64,000 nucleotides of DNA, taken from NCBI GenBank assembly GCA_963667175.2, contig CAXXXF010000004.1, forward strand, positions 128,001 to 192,000. Direction: 5' to 3'. Made by a program: the position numbers and the translations under genes. The notes below the pieces were generated by a model that saw only the letters and a list, made by a program, of their open reading frames with translations, was not told the origin of the DNA and searched no databases. The DNA is from Candidatus Latescibacterota bacterium. Its GTDB lineage: Bacteria; Latescibacterota; UBA2968; GCA-2709665. Position 1 is the stretch's first letter; every line of letters begins with the position of its first letter. Shown piece by piece: positions 52,880-62,928 of this stretch.

Positions 52880-55207
52880 TCACCGCGTCAACACCGGGCC
52901 TCGCTCGTCCTCCCAATCCATACGCACGCGGTCCCGCCCGCCGTCGGCATGGTCGATGCTGACGGTCCATACGTTCGCGCGCCGAGTGGTTTTTGCGGTG
53001 ACGCCGGCGGTGACGCGGTCCGCGCCGAACGGGTAGATCACGTATCCCGTCCGGAACGGCAGCCGGCTCCGTCTCTTGTAGACGGCCACGGGCGCCGGGA
53101 CGTCCTGTCCGTCGATGGCGAGCCAGCCCTGAACCGGGTCGTTGCGGCCGCAAATCAGCCGCGGCGTCATCCTGGATAGAGGTAGGAGTTCCAGGTTGGG
53201 CGCGTCCATGCGCCCGGTCCGGACGGCGCCGGTGTCCGGGTCGATGAGCAGGCGGAAGGGCATGAAGTGGAAGAACGCCTCGTACCTGTGGCTGCCTTCG
53301 CCGGTCAGTTCGTCGAAGACGATGAAATAATCCGGTTTGACGAAAAGCACGGCGCGGCGGTGCCGGACCGGCGAATCCAGGTCCGCGTAGGGCGCGTCGT
53401 AGCTTGCCATGGCGACGTCGCTTCGGTCATCCGAACGCCAGACGGTTGAACCGCGGGCCGATTCGGTCCATTGCTCGACGGTCTGATTGCGGCCCCTAGC
53501 CTGCGCGCGGCCGTCCACCAGGACGGTGTTGTGCGCCTGTGTGGTGGTGTAAAAACGGGTCCACGGGTTGGTGTAGTACGACGTGATGCCGGGGTCCACG
53601 ATATATGGCGTGCCGTGGGCATAGACTTCGAAGCTGAGTTTGTCCTCGTGCTGGTGCCAGCGGCCGTAGGGCCCTCCATCGAAGAAAAGATACCGGGCGT
53701 TCTCATCCCAACCGCTGCGCATGACGAAATATCCCGAGTCCCGCAGGGCGATCGAGTTGTCGTCGGGCGGGGCGCCCTCGCGGCCTTCGGCGCCCACCCA
53801 CACGGCGGCCGGATTGTCCAGGACGCGTCCCGGATGCGCGAGAGAATCACCGTACTTCGAATCCATGCTGCCGGCGTCGGAAACGGAGGGACGGGTGAAG
53901 TCCGGCCGGGTGATGGCCACGCACCAGTCGAACATGGATCGAATGCCGGCCTCCAGTTCGGGGTCGAGCGGATGGTTGAATTTTCGCGCCACCTGATACG
54001 ATTCCAGGAACCATGTGGCAATGCTCATCTGGTAACCCGGCGTGAGTTCGTAGGAGGCCCCGTCGGCCATCACCTGCACGCGCATGTCGTCCAGCAGCCG
54101 GCGATATCCCGCTTCCCGCCAGTCCGCGGCGTCTCTGAACTCCGGGAACGCGCAGCCCAGCGCCCCGATGGTCCGCGCCTCGGCAATGGTCTTGTTCGAG
54201 GGCGGGAAGGACTGGAATTTCAGCAGATAGACCTGGTGTTCGTAAATCGACTTGAGCAGACCGAGGATCGTGGCGTCGCCTGTTTCCGGGCACGCGCAGA
54301 GGACCCGGAAGACGTCCACGAGCGTACTGAAGGGACGAATGGCCACCACCAGCGAATGGCCCCACGGGTACCCGCCGGCGCGGACGCCATAGGGTACCGG
54401 GCACCGCCGCAGCCAGTCCTTGATGTACCTCTCGATGCCCGTTGCGTATTTCGCCTGTCCGGTTTCCCAGTACGCGTCAATTGCCGGCCTGAGGAACAGA
54501 AGATAGTGGATGGCCAGGGTCCATTCGATGTAGCCGGTGGGATTGGCCTCCCAGTCGATCTCCGCCGACCAGTCCTGTCCCAGGACCCGGCCTTCCAGCA
54601 CCCGGTCGGCCTGATCGGGATCGGTATTCGGCGCCCGTTCGCTCGGAACCAGCTCCCGGTCGAAGCCGCTGGATCGGAAATACCTCGCAACTTCGGGCAA
54701 AGCGGCTGCGTCCGGCGCGCCCTTCAGGAATTCCAGGCCGCGGTGGTCCGGATTCAGCGCCGCGATCAACTGTTCGTCCGTCATCCTCGGGCCGGGCCTG
54801 ACCTTCCGTTCCACCAGGCGAACGTTTCGAAACCGGCTGCCCCGTGGTCCATCCACGGTTACCGAGCGCATCTGCCCCCATCCGGACGGAATTCCCTGTG
54901 TATAGAAACACTCCGCGGGAAACCGGAGTTCCCGCCAGCCCTCCCAGACGTTGCCGCCGCGCGGTGAGACGATGGCGAGGAACTGATAGCCGTCGTCCTC
55001 GCTCATGCCCTCCGTGCGATGACCCGACGTCAGCCCGCACCGGATCTGCCCGTTCGCGCCGGACGGGAGATACACGTCGGCGCGGATTTCATTCACGCCG
55101 CGCAGGTCCTCCGCATCCACCGGCTGGTCGACATGCCCTTCGTGCTCGGACTCGACAAGCACCTGTTCCCCGATACCCGTGTCGTCATGGAATTGAGTAA
55201 GGTCCAT
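52880..55207 (-). CDS. Heparinase II/III-like protein
   Basis: QVMADGASYELTPGYQ, SGYFVMRSGW, HQHEDKLSF, DPG..Y, AHNTVLVDG. Confidence 0.85.
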   Translation of the reverse strand: MDLTQFHDDTGIGEQVLVESEHEGHVDQPVDAEDLRGVNEIRADVYLPSGANGQIRCGLTSGHRTEGMSEDDGYQFLAIVSPRGGNVWEGWRELRFPAECFYTQGIPSGWGQMRSVTVDGPRGSRFRNVRLVERKVRPGPRMTDEQLIAALNPDHRGLEFLKGAPDAAALPEVARYFRSSGFDRELVPSERAPNTDPDQADRVLEGRVLGQDWSAEIDWEANPTGYIEWTLAIHYLLFLRPAIDAYWETGQAKYATGIERYIKDWLRRCPVPYGVRAGGYPWGHSLVVAIRPFSTLVDVFRVLCACPETGDATILGLLKSIYEHQVYLLKFQSFPPSNKTIAEARTIGALGCAFPEFRDAADWREAGYRRLLDDMRVQVMADGASYELTPGYQMSIATWFLESYQVARKFNHPLDPELEAGIRSMFDWCVAITRPDFTRPSVSDAGSMDSKYGDSLAHPGRVLDNPAAVWVGAEGREGAPPDDNSIALRDSGYFVMRSGWDENARYLFFDGGPYGRWHQHEDKLSFEVYAHGTPYIVDPGITSYYTNPWTRFYTTTQAHNTVLVDGRAQARGRNQTVEQWTESARGSTVWRSDDRSDVAMASYDAPYADLDSPVRHRRAVLFVKPDYFIVFDELTGEGSHRYEAFFHFMPFRLLIDPDTGAVRTGRMDAPNLELLPLSRMTPRLICGRNDPVQGWLAIDGQDVPAPVAVYKRRSRLPFRTGYVIYPFGADRVTAGVTAKTTRRANVWTVSIDHADGGRDRVRMDWEDERGPVLTR

Positions 55208-55875
55208 AGATGGCAGCCCTTTTCGTTTTCGGAATTGAGTTCTGTGCGCCCGCACACTGGCTGGTGGAGCCGTTGAGAAAGCGTATGTGAAGGTGGGGCG
55301 GACATTCCTGTCTGCCGTCGTTCTCATTGTCCTTCTTCCCGAATTCCGACGGGCGAAGTGCTGCGTCTCCTTCCATCGCCTCGCGTTAAATTTACCCCGA
55401 TCCCAAACCAGTGAAAAGGTCAATTTCGTACGAACTATAGCAGGTAATCTGCTGTTTCACGAAACGGACCCCGCGACAGTCGCAAATTGCCGCTATGCTC
55501 CGGCGATACCCCGACCGTAGGGGCAGGTTTCAAACCTGCCCCTACCTCGCCGTGTCCTCTCGTGCCGCCCGGTCGACAAACCCGGCTTGAACGCAGGGGT
55601 TGACATCAGCACCAGCGAGGGTACATTCTGATTGTACCTGGATTGTCATCGCGCGTCAGGTTTAACACGATGTTCGACTCTGTCTAACGAGATTTGCCTT
55701 CAACGCTTTGATCCGGAAGAGTGAGCATTTGCCCTGCGCTTTGCTTTTTCCCGCGCCTGGTTTTGATCCTGGTTTCTAATCCTGCATTAGGTCTTGGTTC
55801 TGCTCTTGATTTATAATCCTGCTTCATCCTGTTCATCCTGCAAATCCTGATCCGTAGTTGAATTAAAGAGGCTCT

Positions 55876-56868
55876 ATGGATCTCACCTTTCGGCCCCGGC
55901 GGTTGAGGCGTACGGAACCCATTCGGACGCTCGTTCGGGAAACCGTATTGAACGTCGGGGACCTGATCTATCCCATGTTCGTAACGGAAGGCGCCAATGT
56001 GCGCGAACCCATTGACTCGATGCCCGGTCAGTTCCGGTTTTCGGTCGACGAACTCGTCCGGGAGTGCGAGAAGGTGTCCGGTCTAGGGATCTGCGGCGTG
56101 AACCTGTTCGGTTATTCGGAGGAGAAGGACGAGCGCGCCTCAATGGCGTACGATCCGGACGGCCTGATCCAGCGCGCGGTCCGGGCGCTGAAGGCGGCGC
56201 TTCCCGACCTGTGCGTGCAGACCGACGTGGCGCTGGATCCCTATACCACGCACGGACATGACGGCGTGCTGATCGACGGCGAGATCGCCAACGACGAGAG
56301 CGTCGGGGTGTTGTGCCAAATGGCGCTGTCTCACGCCGAGGCTGGCGTGGACTGGGTCACGCCGTCGGATATGATGGACGGCCGTGTCGGCGCCATCCGG
56401 GTGGCGCTGGACGACCACGGATTCACCAACGTCGGCATCATGGCCTATTCCGCCAAGTATGCATCCTGCTTCTACGGCCCGTTCCGTGGCGCGCTCAAGT
56501 CCGCGCCGGTGAAGGCGCGCGGTGTGCCGATGGACAAGAAAACCTACCAGATGGACCCCGCCAATATTCGGGAAGCGATGAAGGAGATCGCGCTGGATAT
56601 CGAGGAAGGGGCTGACGTGGTGATGGTGAAACCCGCCCTCCCTTACCTCGACGTCATCGCAAGGGCGAAGGACACCTTCGACGCGCCGATTGCGGCGTAC
56701 AACGTGTCCGGCGAATACGGGATGGTCCTGGCGGCCGCGGAGCGCGGATGGGTGGATAAGGAGCGGGCGATGGTGGAGACCCTGACGTCCATCAAACGGG
56801 CGGGCGCGGAACTGATCCTGACCTACTTTGCCGTCGATATGGCGCAGTTGTTGAGGGAAGAAACGTAG
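55876..56868 (+). CDS. hemB: Delta-aminolevulinic acid dehydratase
   Basis: RPRRLR, DVALDPYTTHGHDG, SDMMDGR, YQMDP, VMVKP, AYNVSGEY. Confidence 0.96.
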   Translation: MDLTFRPRRLRRTEPIRTLVRETVLNVGDLIYPMFVTEGANVREPIDSMPGQFRFSVDELVRECEKVSGLGICGVNLFGYSEEKDERASMAYDPDGLIQRAVRALKAALPDLCVQTDVALDPYTTHGHDGVLIDGEIANDESVGVLCQMALSHAEAGVDWVTPSDMMDGRVGAIRVALDDHGFTNVGIMAYSAKYASCFYGPFRGALKSAPVKARGVPMDKKTYQMDPANIREAMKEIALDIEEGADVVMVKPALPYLDVIARAKDTFDAPIAAYNVSGEYGMVLAAAERGWVDKERAMVETLTSIKRAGAELILTYFAVDMAQLLREET

Positions 56869-56989
56869 CGGCATTATCGGATGCAGCGCGTCCGATAACA
56901 GTCCGAAGAAGTAGAATTCGCTTGACAGGGCATCCGAAATTCGATATCGTTGACCGGTCATTCACTGTTCGGTTTGAAAGGAAAAGGCG

Positions 56990-57067
56990 ATGGCGGCGCG
57001 CGGTATCCATAGCGGATGCTGGTGGCGGCACGACTTCAATCGTGCCGGCCGGCTGACTGCGTGCTGA
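56990..57067 (+). promoter_or_regulatory. Trp leader peptide MAARGIHSGCWWRHDFNRAGRLTAC (attenuator)
   Basis: 25-aa ORF with tandem TGG TGG, purine-rich RBS, followed by a terminator, upstream of trpS. Confidence 0.75.
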
Positions 57068-57096
57068 ACTTGAGATTCGAATTGAATCAATCAACG

Positions 57097-57129
57097 TCCC
57101 TGCCGGTCCACGGCGGGGATTTTTGTTTT
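57097..57129 (+). terminator. Attenuator terminator before trpS
   Basis: TCCCTGCCG-GTCCA-CGGCGGGGA followed by TTTTTGTTTT. Confidence 0.8.
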
Positions 57130-57142
57130 GGAGGAAAACGCG

Positions 57143-58219
57143 ATGGACAATCGGAAACGGATTCTGACGGGAGACCGTCCCACGGGGCGGATGCACCTGG
57201 GGCATTACGTGGGCTCATTGAAGAACCGGGTCCGGCTGCAGGACGAATACGAGTGTTTTTTCCTTGTGGCTGACCTGCACATGCTCACGACCCGGCCGCA
57301 GAAGGAACACATCCATGCCCTTCGTGAAAACGTGCGCGAGATGCTGCTGGACTATCTGGCGGTGGGAATCGATCCGTCCAGGTCGACCATTTATCTGCAG
57401 TCGGCCATCCACGCCGTCTACGAGATGGATCTCTTTTTCGAGATGCTGGTGACCCTGCCGAGAGTCGCCCGGCTGCCCAGCATCAAGGATATGGCGCGCG
57501 CTGCCAGGCTGGACGACGAGGCGATTCCGTTCGGGCTTGTCGGATACCCGATCCTTCAGGCCGCGGACATATTGACCCCCAGGGCGCACCTGGTTCCCGT
57601 GGGAAAGGACAACCTGGCGCACGTGGAGGTGACCCGGGAAATCGCCCGGCGGTTCAACAGCTATTACGGAGACGTCTTCCCGATTCCGGACGCGCTGATC
57701 GGCGAGGTCCCCGTTCTCGTGGGTACGGACGGCCAGGCGAAAATGAGCAAGAGCCTGGACAATGCGATCTTTCTCTCCGACGACGCGCAGACCGTAAAGA
57801 AGAAGGTGCGCGGGATGTTTACCGATCCCAACCGCGTGCGTGCGGATATTCCCGGAAGGGTGGAAGGGAATCCGGTCTTCATTTACCACGACGCGTTCAA
57901 CCCGGATCGGGATGAGGTGGAGGACCTGAAGACGAGGTACCGCGCCGGGATGGTTGGCGACGTGGAGGTGAAGGAAAAGCTGACCCGGGCGCTGAACGGT
58001 TTTCTGGACCCGATCCGTGAGCGCCGGGCACGTTACGAAGCGGATTCCGGGTACGTGGAAAAAGTGTTGTACGAGGGCACGCGGCGCGTCCAGGTCGTGG
58101 CCGATGAAACGCTGAAGGCAATGAAAAAGGCGATGGGGCTCACGGGCGTCTGGAACCGGATATCCCGGAAAGCCCGGGATCGGATGCGCAGGGACGAACA
58201 GAGGGACTCGGGATCGTGA
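57143..58219 (+). CDS. trpS: Tryptophanyl-tRNA synthetase
   Basis: [36 protein letters not shown]. Confidence 0.96.
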   Translation: MDNRKRILTGDRPTGRMHLGHYVGSLKNRVRLQDEYECFFLVADLHMLTTRPQKEHIHALRENVREMLLDYLAVGIDPSRSTIYLQSAIHAVYEMDLFFEMLVTLPRVARLPSIKDMARAARLDDEAIPFGLVGYPILQAADILTPRAHLVPVGKDNLAHVEVTREIARRFNSYYGDVFPIPDALIGEVPVLVGTDGQAKMSKSLDNAIFLSDDAQTVKKKVRGMFTDPNRVRADIPGRVEGNPVFIYHDAFNPDRDEVEDLKTRYRAGMVGDVEVKEKLTRALNGFLDPIRERRARYEADSGYVEKVLYEGTRRVQVVADETLKAMKKAMGLTGVWNRISRKARDRMRRDEQRDSGS

Positions 58220-58476
58220 GAATATCCATGGCACAACGTTCGGGCATTTTGTCCGGGAACGCGTCGATTCCCCTTCACCGCTGGTGGCTCGGGGCAACAG
58301 GAGCCGTGCGTCCGCCTCCGGATGATCTGTGCCTGAAGGACTGGCGATGGCCGCGGTTCACCTGGAGGTGGATCGCGGCTTTTTTTGTACAGCAATCTGA
58401 ATCTCCAAACGCGGCGCCCGGGCGCCGGCCCGTTTTCCGACAAGATACACTTGAAAATAAGGAGTTCTCAAAATGA
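58216..58476 (+). promoter_or_regulatory. Second Trp-rich leader ORF (6 Trp) overlapping the trpS stop and the next start
   Basis: WW, WRW, WRW; GTGA and ATGA overlaps; contains a terminator hairpin. Confidence 0.55.
58350..58386 (+). terminator. Terminator hairpin before the trpS-like paralogue
   Basis: GCCGCGGTTCACC-TGGA-GGTGGATCGCGGC followed by T7. Confidence 0.8.
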
Positions 58477-59282
58477 AACGTCCGATTGTTCTGGCCGGTA
58501 TCCGGCCAACGGAAAAAATGAACCTGGGACACTTGATCGGGTTCCTGAAACAGATGCTTGACCGGAAGGTGGAAGCCAGGCGCTTTTTCATGATCGCCGA
58601 CTACCATGCGTTAGTTCTGGATCGGAAACATCCGCGTGAAATCGAGCGTAGTGTTCGTCATCTTGTCATGGATCTTCTGGCGACGGGTTTCGATCCTGAG
58701 CGAAGTGTCTGTTTTCTGCAGTCGCAGGTTCCGCAACTCGCGGAGTTGGCGATGATTCTTGAACTTTCGATACGGCTGCCGACCCCCGCGAGCTTCCCGG
58801 AGGCGAAACGGAAGCCGACCCTGGGTTTTCCGGTCTTCCAACCGGCGGACGTGCTGCTGTTCCGGCCCGATTTCGTGACTGCGGGACCCGGCCAGCGGAT
58901 GCGCTCGAATCTGTGCCGGGAAACAGCGCGTCGATTCAATCGCAAATTCGGGACGGTCTTTCCGCTGCCCGGGTTCGAGCAAAGCGCACAGGCGAATGGA
59001 ACCCGCGGAATTACCGGAATACGCGTGGGTCACTCAAATGCGGTTGGGATTGCGGATGCCGACGGGAATGTTCGGACGAGGACGAATGGAGAGGCGCGGG
59101 CGACGCGGAAGGACGCCGAACACGAGGCGTTTCGGATCGCGGAGACACAGCTGGAGGACAGACGAAGCCTGGTCGGCGACGTCCTGCGTCTGGGGGGATC
59201 GGAGGCAAGGATCGAGGGCCAGCGGACGCTGGAGGAGGTGAAGAAAGCCGTGGGGCTGCGGTATGGAAGTCTATTGGGATAG
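58473..59282 (+). CDS. Degenerate TrpRS-like paralogue
   Basis: AGIRPTEKMNLGH, IADYHAL, FLQSQVP, QPADVLL, TLEEVKKAVGL; no KMSKS; AAGGAG RBS. Confidence 0.75.
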   Translation: MKRPIVLAGIRPTEKMNLGHLIGFLKQMLDRKVEARRFFMIADYHALVLDRKHPREIERSVRHLVMDLLATGFDPERSVCFLQSQVPQLAELAMILELSIRLPTPASFPEAKRKPTLGFPVFQPADVLLFRPDFVTAGPGQRMRSNLCRETARRFNRKFGTVFPLPGFEQSAQANGTRGITGIRVGHSNAVGIADADGNVRTRTNGEARATRKDAEHEAFRIAETQLEDRRSLVGDVLRLGGSEARIEGQRTLEEVKKAVGLRYGSLLG

Positions 59283-59292
59283 CGACGGGGTC

Positions 59293-60210
59293 TCACCGAC
59301 CGACTCGCTCGCGGTTGGCGGCCTCGAACAGGCCGGCGGCGAGCGCTTCCAGGCGCCCGCGCCATGCCAGTTTCTCGAGCCATCCGGCGGGAGCGCCCGA
59401 CATGCCCCACAGCGCGCCGGCGAGCTGTCCGGTGACGGCGGCCACCGTGTCGGCGTCATCGGCGAGATTGGCGGCCAGAATAAGAGCCTGCTCAATCGAC
59501 TCCGACCTGTCCACGCACCACAGCGCCGCCTCAAGCGTGTGCACGACGTATCCCGACGAGGAAATGGCCTCGCGCTCCCTGCCGCGCCACGACCCCGCGG
59601 CCACCCCGGCGATCCGGGCGTCGCCGCTCCACTCTCTGGCTCGCAGGACGGTTTTCTTCGACGCGCCGGCGATCGCCTCGCTCAGCAGTTCGGCATAGAA
59701 CGCGCAGGCCTCCACCGCCTGCGCGGCGCCGTGCGTGGCGCGGCTCTGCAAGCGGGCGGCCTCAGTCGCCCCCGCCCCGTCGTGCCACCATCGGATCGCC
59801 ACCGGCGAGAGCCGCATGAGCGAACCGTTTCCGGCGTTGCGCGGATCGGCGCTGCCGCTCAACGGCGCCCCGGTTTCGCTGAATGCCCGGAGCGCCCGCT
59901 CCGTGGTCGTTCCGACGTCGAAACACGTGCCGGTGACCGAGTTGTGTCCTTCCTTATACCACCGGAGGAACCGATTCATCAGGTCGCGCACGTCGAGCCG
60001 GCCTCGCTCAAGCAGCGATTCCGCGAGACAGAGGGCCATGCTCGTGTCGTCAGTCCACTCACCCGGGTCCAGGCCGAACGGGCCCCCGCCCACCAGATCG
60101 GTAACCGGCGGCCTTGTGTCCCTACCGGCAAACTCCAGCGTCGTGCCGAGCGCGTCGCCGAGCGCCAGCACAACCAGCGCCCCTTTCGCGCGATCCAACG
60201 CCGCCGTCAT
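59293..60210 (-). CDS. ADP-ribosylglycohydrolase (DraG family)
   Basis: GDALG, WTDDT, GNGSLMR, THG, DADTVAAVTG. Confidence 0.92.
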   Translation of the reverse strand: MTAALDRAKGALVVLALGDALGTTLEFAGRDTRPPVTDLVGGGPFGLDPGEWTDDTSMALCLAESLLERGRLDVRDLMNRFLRWYKEGHNSVTGTCFDVGTTTERALRAFSETGAPLSGSADPRNAGNGSLMRLSPVAIRWWHDGAGATEAARLQSRATHGAAQAVEACAFYAELLSEAIAGASKKTVLRAREWSGDARIAGVAAGSWRGREREAISSSGYVVHTLEAALWCVDRSESIEQALILAANLADDADTVAAVTGQLAGALWGMSGAPAGWLEKLAWRGRLEALAAGLFEAANRERVGR

Positions 60211-60353
60211 GTCGCGAACGGACGCCCCACCGTCACACCACTTTCGCGAATTGTTGCCTGATGGCCGGTTTCCAGGCATATTCCCAATAAGGGCAGAAAG
60301 CCCGTAACACCTCGGTCTGGCATTTTTCTTGACACTTCAATAATTAGATCCTA

Positions 60354-62145
60354 AGGCGGCTTCGCTATGCTCAGCCGCAACCAAAGAGGGTGGTCGTGAA
60401 GAGGCAGGTTGTTTTGTGGTATGCAAAACGGCGTTCGTCCTTTATGATGGTGGTCCCGACCGCCATCAATCCAAGGAGGAACGCCGTGAAAGACTTCGTG
60501 GACCAATATAATAAAAAAATCAGTGGCGTGGTATCGTGTTTTGATCGGGTTCTGTTCAAAGGGCACCTGCCGCTGGGATTTGGCAATGCGATGGAGCGGT
60601 TCATGGGTAATCAGGGATTTTTGTTGAAGGACTTCAAGCGTTTTGTGACGACGCATTCCAAAACGATCCATGCGCACGCGGAGGCGGTGGCGAGCAGGTA
60701 CGAGCGCCCGTTCCTCTATCTCGACCGCAACACCGTCAGGAAAGAGGAGGAAGCGCGACGCATCGCCCAACAAGATGGGATCACCCGCGGCCTGGTCTGT
60801 GTGTTCCGCGCCGTGGAGGGCTGTCAGAGTTTCAAGCTGGTTCCAGGGAAAGGAAGGCCTCGCCTGCGCAACGCCCGGCGGAAGTGCCTGTGCTACTACT
60901 TCTACTATATCGACCGTGACTTCGGGTTGCTGCATATCCGCATCCAGCCTGCCTGCGCCGGATGCTCGGCAGGCAGGTCCTGGTTCCCTCTGGTGGTGCA
61001 GGTCTGTCTCAATGGCCACGAATACCTGGCGCGCAAGCTCGATAAAAACGGCATTGCGTATGAAAAAGCAGACAACGCGTTTCTATGGATCGACGACGTG
61101 GCCCGGGCGCAACGGTTTGCCGATCGTTTTGTCGAGAAAAATTGGCCGCGCATTCTCTCGGGTCTTGCCCGCAGGGTCAACCCCCTGCTCAAAGACCTGC
61201 TTTCGGAGATGGACTATTACTGGGTCGTTGACCAGGCTGAGTTCGCCACCGACGTGATGTTCACAAGCCCCCGTGCCCTGAAGGTGCTGTATGAAAATCT
61301 GCTCAGACATACGGTGCTGTGCTTCTCTCCCCAGGACATCCTGACCTTCCTGGGCCTGCCTGCCGAGCATAGCCCGGCCTGTCTGCCGACAAGGCAGGCG
61401 CAGGCAGGACGCAAACTCCACGGCAACTTTCAGGGCGAAGTCCTCACGGACTTCAAAAACAAACGCCACCCCGGCGCACGGGTCAAACATCGGATGTGTG
61501 AGAACTGGATGAAAATGTACGACAAACACGGGCGCGTACTACGCATAGAGACAGTGATCAACCATCCAAGGCAGTTCAAGGTCCGCCGCCAGGGCATACG
61601 GCAAGGACAACGCGTGATGGGCTGGTATCCCATGGCCAAAGGCGTGGCCAACCTCTACCGCTATCGGGAAATCTCATTGAAGGCCAACCAACACTATCTT
61701 CAGGCGCTGGCAGCAGCACCGGACACCGAGAAGAGCCGTCACAGCCTCACCGCACTTTCCCGACCGCGCAGGCACAAGGGGCGTACCTATCGGGGCTTCA
61801 ATCCCGCCGACACCCACGACCTCGACCTCTTCACCGCCGTCTTGAGAGGCGAACACGCCCTGATGGGCTTCCGCAACCAGGACATCCGAAAACACCTCTT
61901 CAAGCAACCCAGATCCCTCGACCAGCGCCGACGGCAGGCCAACGCCGTCAGCCGACTCCTCAAACGCCTACACGTCCGAGGCCTGATTGCTAAAATCCCT
62001 CGCTCCAGAAGATGGCGCGTCACACAGGCCGGACACGTCACCCTCGCGACTTCACTGACACTATACCACAAGCACACAAACGCTATCCAAGCAGCATGAC
62101 TGAACTTCTACGCATTTTGCGTTGAAGTCTGACTGTAAGACTCTA
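60354..62145 (+). mobile_element. TIR-less, hairpin-ended mobile element (1792 bp) inserted at CCTA^AT
   Basis: Ends shared with 13731-14020; left hairpin GCGGCT..AGCCGC; right hairpins ACGCA..TGCGT and AGTCT.AC-T-GTAAGACT; CTA at both junctions. Confidence 0.8.
60486..62099 (+). CDS. Putative transposase/replication-initiator-like protein with C-terminal winged HTH
   Basis: AGGAGG RBS + GTG; FDRVLFKG, KMYDK...LRIET, C-terminal LKRLHVRGLI; fills the element; no DDE or HUH motif recognised. Confidence 0.65.
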   Translation: MKDFVDQYNKKISGVVSCFDRVLFKGHLPLGFGNAMERFMGNQGFLLKDFKRFVTTHSKTIHAHAEAVASRYERPFLYLDRNTVRKEEEARRIAQQDGITRGLVCVFRAVEGCQSFKLVPGKGRPRLRNARRKCLCYYFYYIDRDFGLLHIRIQPACAGCSAGRSWFPLVVQVCLNGHEYLARKLDKNGIAYEKADNAFLWIDDVARAQRFADRFVEKNWPRILSGLARRVNPLLKDLLSEMDYYWVVDQAEFATDVMFTSPRALKVLYENLLRHTVLCFSPQDILTFLGLPAEHSPACLPTRQAQAGRKLHGNFQGEVLTDFKNKRHPGARVKHRMCENWMKMYDKHGRVLRIETVINHPRQFKVRRQGIRQGQRVMGWYPMAKGVANLYRYREISLKANQHYLQALAAAPDTEKSRHSLTALSRPRRHKGRTYRGFNPADTHDLDLFTAVLRGEHALMGFRNQDIRKHLFKQPRSLDQRRRQANAVSRLLKRLHVRGLIAKIPRSRRWRVTQAGHVTLATSLTLYHKHTNAIQAA

Positions 62146-62153
62146 ATTCAGAA

Positions 62154-62915
62154 TTGGTGTTGACACTTCCCAATGACTTGATAAATGGAAGATGGATATC
62201 TAAAGACACACATTACACAGTAACAGCATCAGGCGGCATTGGTGATATTTCATGGGAATCTGAGGCACTCAACAATATTAGCGGCTCACTTATCCTTAGT
62301 GGTAGTGGCGATAGCCGTACGGTAAGGTTTGATCCGCCAGCGGCTCCAAAGACGAGAAGTGGAAAATTGGCATATAGCATCACTATAAAATCCGATCCTG
62401 AATTGGATGCAACAGAAAATCTAAGACAGGACCACCTTTCTGTATTGCGGCAACAGTACCACGACGTAGGTATACGGGTTCCGGGTCGGATAAGTAACTG
62501 GTTCTCTGGTGGAAGCATCAAGATTCAGACCAAACTTGAGAGTAACTATCGGAAACTCTTACAGATCTACACCAGATGGGCAAGAAAGAGAAATTGCTCT
62601 GTTACTTCGGTGGGTTTACGTAAGCACAATTCCACAAGAACTCCTCGCCACAATGCCAATTTACCACGTCGCTATAATGCTGCGAAAGAAAGCCTTCATC
62701 AGTATGGTTGTGCCTATGACTTAGGACCCATCACGGACCTAGGTGGGAACAGAGGCTATGCTGATGAACAAAACATGATTATGAAAATTTGGACAGACAG
62801 CCTGCGTCTCGGGAGCCCCAACGGCTATACCTATAAAAAGGGCAATACAGTGCATATTCAGGTTTATCGTTACAGCCACGGAAGTAATTCCATTACACGT
62901 CAAATTCCCAGATAA
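62154..62915 (+). CDS. Protein with C-terminal peptidase M15-like (LAS) domain, possibly 5'-truncated
   Basis: R.P.HN...SLHQYGCAYD...VHIQ; low GC; no clear RBS. Confidence 0.6.
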   Translation: MVLTLPNDLINGRWISKDTHYTVTASGGIGDISWESEALNNISGSLILSGSGDSRTVRFDPPAAPKTRSGKLAYSITIKSDPELDATENLRQDHLSVLRQQYHDVGIRVPGRISNWFSGGSIKIQTKLESNYRKLLQIYTRWARKRNCSVTSVGLRKHNSTRTPRHNANLPRRYNAAKESLHQYGCAYDLGPITDLGGNRGYADEQNMIMKIWTDSLRLGSPNGYTYKKGNTVHIQVYRYSHGSNSITRQIPR

Positions 62916-62928
62916 AAGGAGATACGTA

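Noticed and set aside
56870-57142. T-box riboswitch upstream of trpS
   Set aside because: No T-box consensus (GGTGGNACCGCG) seen; a WW leader peptide explains the terminator better.
60300-62200. 60.4-kb element interrupting a long upstream part of the M15 gene
   Set aside because: The reconstructed empty site has an in-frame TAA at 60341, so no long upstream ORF is restored.
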